Part shown: positions 19,731 to 28,681 of the stretch, piece after piece | How the letters are laid out: each line of letters opens with the position of its first letter | Numbering within the stretch: the stretch's first letter is position 1 | From: an uncultured Candidatus Rokubacteria bacterium | GTDB lineage: Bacteria; Methylomirabilota; Methylomirabilia; Rokubacteriales; DASRDR01 | Direction: 5' to 3' | DNA length: 64,000 nucleotides | NCBI GenBank assembly: GCA_963805625.1 | Contig: CAWDVE010000010.1 | Location: forward strand, 448,001 to 512,000 | Translations under genes and position numbers: made by a program | The notes under the pieces: generated by a model | Told to the model about the DNA's origin: nothing | The model's input: the letters and a program-made list of their open reading frames with translations, nothing else | Databases searched by the model: none

Positions 19731-21479
19731 TCATCCGGCGGCCTCGATCGTCGACTCGAGCTGCTGCCTCCTCCACAGGCGCGCGTAGAGCTCCCCGCGG
19801 GCGAGGAGCTCCGCGTGGGTGCCCTCTTCCACGAGCCGCCCCTCGTCGAGGACGACGATGCGATCGAGCATCGCCGCGACACGGAGACGGTGAGTGATGA
19901 CCAGCGTGGTGCGTTCCCGGATGCGGTCGAGGAGGCGCGCGAGGATCACGGCCTCGGTCTCGGCGTCGACGGCGGCGAAGGCGTCGTCGAGAACGAGAAT
20001 CCGCGGGTCGCGCAGGAGCGCACGCGCCAGGGTCGCCCGCTGGCGCTGGCCGCCCGAGAGCGTCAGGCCACGCTCGCCGACCAGCGTGTCCCAGCCGGCC
20101 GGGAACCGTGCCACATCGGGCGAGAGGCTCGCCACTTCCGCGGCGGCCGCCACCCCGGTATCCGCTGCTCCGAAGGCGACGTTCTCGCGGAGCGTCCGCG
20201 AGAACAGGAACGTCTCCTGCGGGACGAACCCGATCGCGGCCCGGAGGTCCCGGAGCGGGATCGTGTGAATCTCGCGACCGTCGATGAAGACCGTGCCGGG
20301 AGGCGGATCCCAGAGCCGCGGCAGCAACGCCGCCAGCGTGGTCTTGCCGGCGCCCGTCGGTCCCACGACCGCGACGGAGGTGCCCGCCGCGATGCGGAGG
20401 CTCACGTCCCGCAGCGCCGCCGGCCGGTCCGGCGCGTACTGAAACGTCAGCCGGCGGATCTCGACCTCTCCGCGCATGGGGCCGCCGAGGGGCGTGGCTT
20501 CGGGGGAATCGAGGATTCCCGTCGGCGTCTCCAGGATCTCGGTCACGCGGCCGAAGGCCGCGAACCCCCGGCGGACGATGGCTAGCACCCAGCCCAGCGC
20601 CATGGTGGGCCACGCGAGGTAGGCGACGTAGCCGGCGAAGGCCACCAGCACGCCCAGGGACAGCCGTCCTTCCAGGACCGCCCGGCCGCCGATCCAGAGG
20701 ACGGCGAGTCCGCCGATGCCGGTCATGATCGAGAGGAGCGGCGAGAAGAGACCGTGCGTCCGCGTCTGGCGAAGGACGCGGGCGAGGTGCTCCTGGTTCA
20801 GCCGGCCGAAGTCCTCGATCTCCCGTGGCGCGAGCGTGTACGCGCGCACCACGGGCATCCCGCTCAGGTTCTCTTGGGTCTTGTTGGCCAGCCGCGCGAG
20901 CTGCTCCTGGACGGCCACGGCCTCGACGTGAGCGCGAGTGTTGTAGCGGCGGGCCACTCCGACGAGAAGCGGGTACGGAGCGAGCGCCGCCAGGGTCAGC
21001 CACGTGTCCATGCGGAGCATGACGACCAGAGTCCCCGCGTAGATGATCACCGTGTTGACGAGGGAGAGGAGGCCGAACCCGACGAGCATCGAGACGCTCT
21101 GGAGGTCGTTGGTCGCGCGCGACATGAGATCCCCGGTTCGGCGGGTCTGGTAGAAGCCGGCCTCGAGCCTGAGGAACGCGGCGAACAGATCCGCGCGGAT
21201 CGCGGTCTCCACCCGCTGCCCCGCCCCGAGCAGGACCAGGCGCGACGCCGTCCGGACCAGCGCCTGGATGAGGGCGAGCAGGACGACCAGGAGGGCGCCG
21301 ATCGCGACCGTCTCGCGGGTCGCCGCCGATCGGCCCGCGCCCCCGAGGGCATCGACGACGTCCTTGGTCACCCACGGGATGAGGAGGGCGCAGGCGTTGG
21401 TCGCAAGCAGGAGGAGGACGCCCGCCGCGTACCGCGCCCGGTACAGGGCGAGATACCGGCCGAGAGTGGACACAGGCAT
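19731..21479 (-). CDS. ABC exporter subunit (TMD-NBD) of a heterodimer
   Basis: 'TGDLMSRATND', GPTGAGKT, LSGGQRQR, degenerate Walker B ILVLDD. Confidence 0.92.
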   Translation of the reverse strand: MPVSTLGRYLALYRARYAAGVLLLLATNACALLIPWVTKDVVDALGGAGRSAATRETVAIGALLVVLLALIQALVRTASRLVLLGAGQRVETAIRADLFAAFLRLEAGFYQTRRTGDLMSRATNDLQSVSMLVGFGLLSLVNTVIIYAGTLVVMLRMDTWLTLAALAPYPLLVGVARRYNTRAHVEAVAVQEQLARLANKTQENLSGMPVVRAYTLAPREIEDFGRLNQEHLARVLRQTRTHGLFSPLLSIMTGIGGLAVLWIGGRAVLEGRLSLGVLVAFAGYVAYLAWPTMALGWVLAIVRRGFAAFGRVTEILETPTGILDSPEATPLGGPMRGEVEIRRLTFQYAPDRPAALRDVSLRIAAGTSVAVVGPTGAGKTTLAALLPRLWDPPPGTVFIDGREIHTIPLRDLRAAIGFVPQETFLFSRTLRENVAFGAADTGVAAAAEVASLSPDVARFPAGWDTLVGERGLTLSGGQRQRATLARALLRDPRILVLDDAFAAVDAETEAVILARLLDRIRERTTLVITHRLRVAAMLDRIVVLDEGRLVEEGTHAELLARGELYARLWRRQQLESTIEAAG

Positions 21480-21546
21480 CGTCGCGAGTATACCGGCCGC
21501 CTCGAGGACGAGCAACGCGATGACACCCTGTGATACGCTCCGCAGG

Positions 21547-22344
21547 ATGAGTGTGAGCCCGTTCCTCGCCGTCGCGCTGGACGCGGCACGCGGCGCCGGC
21601 TGGCTGCTCCGCGAGGAGCTCGGCGGCACCCGCCGCATCCGGCACAAACGCTCGGTCATCGATCTCGTCACCGAGATGGACCAGCGCGCCGAGACGTTCA
21701 TCGTGGAGCGTCTCCTCGGGGCATTTCCGGATCACGCCGTCCTCGCCGAGGAGGGCGGGGCGACCGACGGAAGGTCCGAGTACCGCTGGCTGATCGATCC
21801 CCTCGACGGCACCACGAACTACGCCCACGGATTGCCGATCTTCGCCGTCTCGGTCGCGCTCGAGCGGGCTGGCGTGGTCGAGCTGGGCGTTGGCTACGAC
21901 CCCAGCCGAGACGAGTGCTTCGTGGCTGAGCGGGGCCAGGGGGCGACGATGAACGGCGAGGCGATCCGTGTCTCGAGCGTCGACACTCTCGACCAGGCGC
22001 TTCTCGTGACAGGTTTTCCCTACGACATCCGCACCACGGCGGTGACGAACCTGCCCGAGTACGCGGCGCTCTCGGTTCGGGCCCAGGCGGTCCGGCGGCT
22101 CGGCTCGGCCGTGCTCGACCTCTGCTGGGTGGCTTGCGGGCGGCTCGACGGCTACTGGGAGTTCTCGCTCAACCCGTGGGACGTGGCGGCGGGAGGGCTC
22201 ATCGTCGGCGAGGCAGGGGGGCGCGTCACGAGCGTGCACGGCGGGCCGTGGCGACTCGAAGGGCCGGGGATCCTCGCCTCGAACGGCCTCGTTCACGACG
22301 CCGTCCTCTCGGGACTGGGCGCCGCGCAGGCGACCCGGCCGTGA
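21547..22344 (+). CDS. suhB: Inositol monophosphatase family protein
   Basis: 'DLVTEMD', 'AEE', 'WLIDPLDGTTNYAHG', 'RRLGSAVLDL', 'PWDVAAG'. Confidence 0.92.
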   Translation: MSVSPFLAVALDAARGAGWLLREELGGTRRIRHKRSVIDLVTEMDQRAETFIVERLLGAFPDHAVLAEEGGATDGRSEYRWLIDPLDGTTNYAHGLPIFAVSVALERAGVVELGVGYDPSRDECFVAERGQGATMNGEAIRVSSVDTLDQALLVTGFPYDIRTTAVTNLPEYAALSVRAQAVRRLGSAVLDLCWVACGRLDGYWEFSLNPWDVAAGGLIVGEAGGRVTSVHGGPWRLEGPGILASNGLVHDAVLSGLGAAQATRP

Positions 22345-22928
22345 GGGACGGCCGGGGGGGTGCGCCCGGGAAGGGCGCGGCGGGGCCCCATTCCCTACCC
22401 ATCCACGTTCGCACGATCCGCATCGCCGCCGGCAAGGCCGCCGGCGGCGACGACACCCCGGCCGTCCTTCGGGTCCATGGCAGTCTCGAGGACCGGCGTC
22501 CCCAGGGGGTGCCCGACTGGATCCAGCACGATGGTGACGTCATCCACCACATGGAGGTGACGCTGACCGTCACCTGGCCCGATCTCGTGGTGGCGGCCAT
22601 CGACGGTTCCATGCGCACGTTCCCGCACGCAGGTGTGTGTCCCGACGCGCTCCCGCCGCTCCAGTCGCTGGTGGGGGTCGCGGTCGGGCGCGGGTTCACG
22701 CGGGCGGTGAACGAGCGCATCGGTCGGGAGCGTGGCTGCACTCACGTCGCGGCCCTCATCCTCGCGATGGGCCCGGTCGTACGCCAGGGTGCTGGCGCGG
22801 CCTTCGGGTTCGCGACTCCCGGAGATCCTCACGGCACTCCCTGGTTCGTGAACTCCTGTCAAGCCTGGCGCGAGGACGGACCGCTCCACCGCGCGTGGCG
22901 CGCCGGGGAGATGCTCCGAAAGGACTGA
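22341..22928 (+). CDS. DUF2889-like protein
   Basis: 'IHHM', 'P...CP', 'GCTH', 'NSCQAW'; GTGA overlap with suhB stop. Confidence 0.7.
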   Translation: MRDGRGGAPGKGAAGPHSLPIHVRTIRIAAGKAAGGDDTPAVLRVHGSLEDRRPQGVPDWIQHDGDVIHHMEVTLTVTWPDLVVAAIDGSMRTFPHAGVCPDALPPLQSLVGVAVGRGFTRAVNERIGRERGCTHVAALILAMGPVVRQGAGAAFGFATPGDPHGTPWFVNSCQAWREDGPLHRAWRAGEMLRKD

Positions 22929-23156
22929 AGGCCCGCGCGGGCCGCGGAGAATCTCCTCACGCCCGGTCAGGATCGGGCGGTGAGGACCCCAGCCGTCCAG
23001 GCCAACATAACCAGGATGCTCGGGGCACACAAGGCGCGCCCTTCGCAGTCGGCCGACTGCGGGCGTCGAGACTCCAGTGATTCCGGGCGCGGACGGGCGG
23101 CTCTCCGGAGCTCCGGGAGTCTGGGCCGCTCGTGCCCGGGCTCCCGGGTGTCCTGC

Positions 23157-23642
23157 CTAGTCGGTCCGGCGAAGGGGAATCCGACGGTCGCCCAGGACCA
23201 GGGCGGGCGCGCCGGACCCTGGGTCAGCCTCGATCCGCGCGGCGAGCTGGAGCCAGGCCGCGACGGAGAGCCGGGCCCGGAATCCCCCGCTCTTGACCCG
23301 GCAGTACGGGACGCCGCGCGGGTCCAGGACGAGCGTGCCGGCGTCGAGCGTCTCCTGGCTCCCGTCGCTCAGATGGATCTCGAGGGCGCCCGTCTCGGCA
23401 CCCGTCTCCGCACGCACGACGACGAACGGGGCGTCGTCCACCTGCACCGGAACGCGCAGCGGCCCCGCCTGGAGGTGGTAACCTTCTCCGTCGACCCGGA
23501 GATTCGCATAGAGGTTCCGGAGGACACCCGGGTGGGTGACCTCGACGCCGTCGTGGCGCCATGCGCCCTCGCGGTCGATGCGGAAGACGCCGGCGAGACC
23601 CGACTCCCGGCGGGCGCCGGCCCCGGGCGCGGGCAGGGTCAC
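23157..23642 (-). CDS. DUF1285-like hypothetical protein
   Basis: 'RIDREGAWRHDG', 'VQVDDAPFVV', 'PYCRVK..FRARL'; GTGA overlap with upstream stop. Confidence 0.65.
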   Translation of the reverse strand: MTLPAPGAGARRESGLAGVFRIDREGAWRHDGVEVTHPGVLRNLYANLRVDGEGYHLQAGPLRVPVQVDDAPFVVVRAETGAETGALEIHLSDGSQETLDAGTLVLDPRGVPYCRVKSGGFRARLSVAAWLQLAARIEADPGSGAPALVLGDRRIPLRRTD

Positions 23643-24895
23643 CGGGACGCCGCCTCCTGCTCGAAGCTCACGCTCGCGAAGGTGACCGCGCCCTCCGGAT
23701 CGGGCCACTGCCCGTAGTGAAGGAGTCGCCCCGCTCCTCCGGGCAGGAGACGTAGGAGGGCATAGATGGGCGACAGGCCGCAGATCCGGTTCCGGTCCCG
23801 CTGCCTGAGCGCCTCCGCGAAGAAGCCTTCGGCGTCCGCCCGGACCACCGGGGCCAGAAGCGCGCGGTCCTCCGCCTGGACGCGCGCCAGCTCCGCGGTG
23901 CCTGCCCGCCACCCGTCTCCGAAGCGCGGGCCGACGTGGGCGAGGTCCGCGCCCGCCACGATGCAGTAGCGGCGCGGGATGACGGCCATCGCGTTCCGGA
24001 GGGCGTCGAGCACCGCGTCGATCTCCGCCTGCCCCGCGGGGCTCTTGCCACGAAGCAGGCACTCGTGCACGAAGCTGGCGAGGAGCGGCACGATCCGTCG
24101 CTCTCCCCCGCCCGCGCGACGCCAGAGATACCGGAGCCAGACCGCCTGAAACTCGATGGAGTGCTCGCCCCGGTGCGCGAGCTCGGCCGCGAAGAGATCG
24201 GCTGGCGCACGACGGGTTACCGCGTCCAGGACCTCTCGGTCGACCTCGAGCGGGCCGAATGGGGTCTCGAAGGCCTTGGCGGTCGCCGCGAAGCTGTGAC
24301 CATCGAGGCCCGCGTGGGCCGTTCCGACGACGATGAAGCAGTCCGCGTCGCGGGCCTCGGCGAGGGCGCGATAGGCCCACGCGTACCCGGGGCCGCCCCG
24401 ATTGAAATCGAGGTGTGGCGCCACGAGGCCATGCACGAGGACGTCGCGCGGCGGACCGATGGGTCCTGGCCCGCGGGGCGGCTCGAAGTGCCCCGCCAGT
24501 GCCGCCGCGAGGCCGTCGGGCTCATCGTCGTAGGAGCGCCCGGCCAGGAACGCCGGCCGGGTGGGCGCGCCGAGGAAGGCCGTCCGCTGGCGCACCCGCT
24601 CGGCGTCGACACGGGGCCCTTCCAGGAACAGATGCTGGTCGAGGACCTCGACCAGCGATTCCAGCTGGCTCCTGAGGACCAGCTCGCCGCACTCGCGCAT
24701 GATCTCCGCCTGCACGTCGACGAGGGATCGGATGCCGTCGAAGAGGGCGAGGATCGGCGCCAAGCTTCGGGGGACGCTCAGCACGGACTGGGTCAGACCG
24801 GTAGGATCGCGCAGGCAGATGACCTCGCGGTCCTCGACCCGCGCCGGGAAGGCCTCGACCGAGCGGAGCTGCGGGGTCTCTGGCGTCTCAGCCAT
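23639..24895 (-). CDS. MEMO1/AmmeMemoRadiSam protein B family, long form with N-terminal extension
   Basis: 'AGRSY', 'APHLD', 'GTAH', 'FETPFG', 'HRGEHSIEFQ', 'ADLAHVG', 'ICG..P'. Confidence 0.88.
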   Translation of the reverse strand: MAETPETPQLRSVEAFPARVEDREVICLRDPTGLTQSVLSVPRSLAPILALFDGIRSLVDVQAEIMRECGELVLRSQLESLVEVLDQHLFLEGPRVDAERVRQRTAFLGAPTRPAFLAGRSYDDEPDGLAAALAGHFEPPRGPGPIGPPRDVLVHGLVAPHLDFNRGGPGYAWAYRALAEARDADCFIVVGTAHAGLDGHSFAATAKAFETPFGPLEVDREVLDAVTRRAPADLFAAELAHRGEHSIEFQAVWLRYLWRRAGGGERRIVPLLASFVHECLLRGKSPAGQAEIDAVLDALRNAMAVIPRRYCIVAGADLAHVGPRFGDGWRAGTAELARVQAEDRALLAPVVRADAEGFFAEALRQRDRNRICGLSPIYALLRLLPGGAGRLLHYGQWPDPEGAVTFASVSFEQEAASR

Positions 24896-26120
24896 GGCGT
24901 GAGAGAAACCACACGGCCGCCGCGGCGTAGCAGCGTGCGGCCTCCACGAGCTCGGCGACGGGCACGTGCTCGTCCACCTGGTGCGGGATGAGCCGGTTCC
25001 CCGGTCCGAAGGTCACGATGGGGATGCCGAGGGCCGTGCGGAGGATCGTGCCGTCCGTCGAGCCCGGCACGCCGCCGAAGACCGGCCGGCGTCCGCTCAC
25101 CCGTCGCACCGCCCACTCGAGCGCCTTGACGATCTTCTCGCTGCGTTCGACGCGGGTCGCTGGCCGGGGTGCCTCGACGGGCTCGACGGTGATCCGCGTG
25201 CCCGGGCACCGCCGCTCCGTGTCCCGCGCCAGCTCGTCGATGGCCCCGAGGACGCTTCCGGGCTCGAGCCCCGGCGTCAGGCGCGCGTCCAGGCGAAGCT
25301 CGGCCGTCGCCGGAATCACGTTGTTCTGGGCCACGTGGCCCACCGGGCCCAGGACGACCGTCGGCGTGACGTGCGGCACGCCGAGGAACCGGCTCCGCCG
25401 GACGCCCCGCCGGACCCGGCGCTCGAGCTGTGGCAGGCGGGCGAGGAACTGTCCCGCGGCGGCGATCGGGTTCACGCCGGCGTACGGCATGGCCCCGTGC
25501 GCCATGCGCCCGTGGACGGTGACGCGCGCCCACAGGACCCCCTTCTGCTCGAGGCACAGCTCGTTCTGCTCTGGCTCGCAGATGATAGCCGCGGAGACAG
25601 CGCGCCCGAGCGGCGTTCCGGCGAAATGCTTCGCGCCGGACATCGCGTCCTCCTCGTCCACGAGGGCCGCGACCATGAGCCGCCCGGTGAGCGGCACGCC
25701 GGCGCGGCGCACGGCGGCCGCCGCCACCATCGCCGCCGCCAGGCCACCCTTCATGTCCGCACTCCCCCGCCCGTAGAGCTGCCCGTCCTCGATCAGGCCG
25801 CTCCACGGCGGATGGCGCCAGGCGGCGGGATCGCCCTCGGTCACGACGTCGGTGTGGCCTTCGAGGCAGAGGGTCTCTCCGGGTGAGGCTCCGTCGAGCC
25901 AGCCGACGACGTTCGGGCGCCCCGGCGCGACTTGCTGAACCTCGACGGAGAAGCCCTCGCGGCGGAACCAGGCCTCCACCGTGCGGGCGACCGCCTGCTC
26001 GTTGGCCCCGGGCTCCCCGGGCCGGAAGACGCTCGGGATGCGGACCAGGTCGGTGGTGAGGTCGACGACCTCATGCTCGGTGATCTCACCGAGGACGCGA
26101 TCGACCGGGGAGCGCGACAT
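24888..26120 (-). CDS. M20 family metallopeptidase (ArgE/DapE-like)
   Basis: 'GRPNVV', 'GHTDVV', 'LYGRGSADMKGG', 'DEE', 'EP', 'HGAMP', 'HQVDE'. Confidence 0.92.
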   Translation of the reverse strand: MSRSPVDRVLGEITEHEVVDLTTDLVRIPSVFRPGEPGANEQAVARTVEAWFRREGFSVEVQQVAPGRPNVVGWLDGASPGETLCLEGHTDVVTEGDPAAWRHPPWSGLIEDGQLYGRGSADMKGGLAAAMVAAAAVRRAGVPLTGRLMVAALVDEEDAMSGAKHFAGTPLGRAVSAAIICEPEQNELCLEQKGVLWARVTVHGRMAHGAMPYAGVNPIAAAGQFLARLPQLERRVRRGVRRSRFLGVPHVTPTVVLGPVGHVAQNNVIPATAELRLDARLTPGLEPGSVLGAIDELARDTERRCPGTRITVEPVEAPRPATRVERSEKIVKALEWAVRRVSGRRPVFGGVPGSTDGTILRTALGIPIVTFGPGNRLIPHQVDEHVPVAELVEAARCYAAAAVWFLSRHG

Positions 26121-26161
26121 CTCGCCGGACCCGCGGATGGCGGTCGGGTGGGGCGGAGTGA

Positions 26162-26467
26162 CTACTCTCGCGGGAAGGCCAGGATGACCGAGTCGAGCCG
26201 GAGGACCCGGTACTCCTCACCGTTGACGTAGAAGTAGTGGCCCTCGACCTCTTCGGCAGGCTCCTCGAAGGCGACGACCGCCTCGATCGGCGGCATGTCG
26301 CGGAACGCGTTCGCGCCCTCGTCGAAGCCGTCGCCGCGACCCGCCACGACGCCGTAGCGGATGGGCGAGCCCTTCGGGCAGTAGATGCGTACCCCCGCCG
26401 GCGCCTCCTCGAGGAGCTTCACGAGAATGTTGATCCCGTAGACCTGACAGGGCGGCGAGGTGGCCAT
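26162..26467 (-). CDS. Divergent GroES/Cpn10-like protein
   Basis: 101 aa; 'ILVK', 'YGVVAGRGDG', 'VNGEEYRVLRLDSVILAF' align by eye with Cpn10; TGgTATCAT 9 nt before ATG. Confidence 0.62.
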   Translation of the reverse strand: MATSPPCQVYGINILVKLLEEAPAGVRIYCPKGSPIRYGVVAGRGDGFDEGANAFRDMPPIEAVVAFEEPAEEVEGHYFYVNGEEYRVLRLDSVILAFPRE

Positions 26468-26553
26468 CTGGCTCGGATGATACCACAGGCACTGACGCGA
26501 CGACGGCGGACGCGGGGCCAGCGCGGTCTCGCGCACGCCGCTGATCGCGGGTC

Positions 26554-27738
26554 TCAGACCCCCGGCAGCGCCGGCTGCTCGCCGCGGCCCGCGACGTCCT
26601 CGATCTTTCCTTCGAGCCTCGCGAGGGAGGTCGCCGTCTCGTCGTACTTGTTCTTCGCGTTGGTGATGTGGCGCCCCAGCGTGTCGAAGTGCTCCCGGAG
26701 GCGCGCGGCATCGGCCTGGAGCCGCCCGAGGACGGCGAGGATCTCACGGGCGTTCTGCTCGATGCGGAGGCCACGCAGGCCCAGCAGGATCACCTGGAGG
26801 TACGCGTAGAAGGAGTTGGGCGATACGGGCACGACGCGGCGCCCGAGCGAGTAGCCGAGCAGCGAGTCTTCCCCCGCTTCGTCCCGGAGGATCAGCTCGT
26901 AGTACACGTTCTCGGCGGGGATGTACATGAGCGCGAAGTCGAAGGTGTTCTCGTCGGGCACGATGTACTTCCGGGCAATCTCGTCGACACGATTCCGGAC
27001 ATCCTTCAGGAAGGCCCGTCGCGCCTGGGGGCGCCGCTCCTCCTCGGGCTCCTCGACCATGCGCCGGAAGTTCTCGAGCGGAAACTTCGAGTCCACCGGC
27101 ACCAGGCGGCCGGCCACGACAATGGCCGCGTCGACCTTGTCGCCGCTCCGGAAGGTGTGCTGGAGGCGATACGAATCGGCGGGCAGGATCTCCGCCAGCA
27201 GGCGCTCGAGGAGGGTCTCGCCGAAGCCCCCGCGGATCTTCGGGGCGCGGAGGATCTGCTCGAGCCCGGAGATGTCCCGGCCGACCTGCTCCATGCGGCG
27301 CGTCGCCTCGCCGAGGGCGCCCAGCTGGCCGTGCACCTCGGTCACGGCCCGCGAGGCCTCCTCGAGGCGCTGGCCCATCGTTTTCTGGGCGTCCTGCATG
27401 AGCGCCATGCCGTCCTGGAGGCGGCGGTTCACCTCGGCCGTCACCTGCTGGAGCTCCATCGCGACGGCGCTCTGGAGCTGTCCGAGGCGCTCCCCGACGT
27501 GCCCGCCGAAGCGCGTCACATCCTCGTGCACGGCAGCCAGCGTGGCGTCCTGGCCGCGGCGGCTCTCGCCGCGGACGCTCGCGATCTCGCGTTGGAGGAC
27601 CTCGAGCGCGGCGTCCAGGCGGTCCGCGCCGGGAGACTGGCGTGCGCGGCCGGCCAGGACCACGAGGCCCCAGACCACGGCGCCGAGGACGACCAGCGCG
27701 GCGAGCGCGAGGAGGACGATGAGGGGTGCGTCGGTCAT
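26554..27738 (-). CDS. rmuC: DNA recombination protein RmuC
   Basis: N-terminal TM, coiled coil, 'PKIRGGFGE..LE', 'VDSKFP', 'KYI', 'FALMYIPAE', 'VSPNS'. Confidence 0.92.
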   Translation of the reverse strand: MTDAPLIVLLALAALVVLGAVVWGLVVLAGRARQSPGADRLDAALEVLQREIASVRGESRRGQDATLAAVHEDVTRFGGHVGERLGQLQSAVAMELQQVTAEVNRRLQDGMALMQDAQKTMGQRLEEASRAVTEVHGQLGALGEATRRMEQVGRDISGLEQILRAPKIRGGFGETLLERLLAEILPADSYRLQHTFRSGDKVDAAIVVAGRLVPVDSKFPLENFRRMVEEPEEERRPQARRAFLKDVRNRVDEIARKYIVPDENTFDFALMYIPAENVYYELILRDEAGEDSLLGYSLGRRVVPVSPNSFYAYLQVILLGLRGLRIEQNAREILAVLGRLQADAARLREHFDTLGRHITNAKNKYDETATSLARLEGKIEDVAGRGEQPALPGV

Positions 27739-27742
27739 CGAC

Positions 27743-28618
27743 CTACCAGTGGCGACAGACCGGGCGGAGCTGGCAGTCGGGGCACGCCCGTGTGTCGCGG
27801 CGGTCGAGACAGTCGCCGCTCATCCGCGTGTGACAAAGGGCGAAGTCGTACTTCACCGGGTCGGCCGGATCGAGCCGGCGGAGCGTTCCGGTGATGTCGG
27901 CCGACATGCGCCCCGTTCGCGTCCGGAGCCGCGTGAGCCGGATCGCGTGAGCCATGTTCGCGATGTGGGTGTCGAGCGGGATCAGGAGCTTCGACGGCGA
28001 GACCTCCCGCCAGTCTCCGAAGTCTGGCGGCTCCCGGCGAATCATCCACCGGAGGAAGAGATGCCAGCGCTTGCAGGCGCCCCCCGTGGCCGGATCCGGA
28101 AACAGGTGGCGGAAGCCACGCGTCGGGCGCGTCATGCCGACCGGCCGGAAGTCCTGCTCGAGGATCGAGACGGCGAAGCGGTGGAGCGCCGGCCGCACGT
28201 CGGCCTCGTGGGGTGAGTATCCGGCCGCGAACGCCGCCCGGAGAGAGCCGTGGCGGGCGATCAGCCGGTGAATGGCCAGGACCGCGGCCGCGACGTCGCG
28301 TCCTCGCGTGAACCGGTAGTGGAACGGCGCGAAGCGCGCAGCATCGCGCGCGGGGTCGAATGCCTCGACGAAGGCTCGGGGGGACGGGCCGAGCCAACCC
28401 AGGAGCCGAACTAGCCAGGCGCCGAAGAGCGAGACGCGCCCGTAAGCGAGGCACGCCGAAAGGAGCGCGACGATCTCGCGGTCCAGCGGATTCTCGTAGC
28501 GGGCGGGATACTGGATGGCGTCGCTGCCGATGCGCGCATCGTAGTCGTACCGGCGATACAGGCGCTCGAGCGGCCCACGAAGCCGCGCCGCGCGCGCCGC
28601 GCTGATCCCCCGCGCCAT
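27743..28618 (-). CDS. TIGR02757/DUF2400 family protein
   Basis: 'DREIVAL....LAYG', 'ACKRWHLFLRWMIR', 'DFGDW', 'IPLDTHI', 'DPVKYDFAL'. Confidence 0.88.
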   Translation of the reverse strand: MARGISAARAARLRGPLERLYRRYDYDARIGSDAIQYPARYENPLDREIVALLSACLAYGRVSLFGAWLVRLLGWLGPSPRAFVEAFDPARDAARFAPFHYRFTRGRDVAAAVLAIHRLIARHGSLRAAFAAGYSPHEADVRPALHRFAVSILEQDFRPVGMTRPTRGFRHLFPDPATGGACKRWHLFLRWMIRREPPDFGDWREVSPSKLLIPLDTHIANMAHAIRLTRLRTRTGRMSADITGTLRRLDPADPVKYDFALCHTRMSGDCLDRRDTRACPDCQLRPVCRHW

Positions 28619-28681
28619 CGCGCCGAAGAATAGCATGCCGCCGCCTTGATTTCGCGAAGAGGCGTTGCTACGGTGGCGCGC

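Noticed and set aside
22929-23060. SRP RNA or fluoride riboswitch
   Set aside because: Lacks the SRP GGAA/AGCAG core and the crcB consensus; kept only as an unassigned structured region
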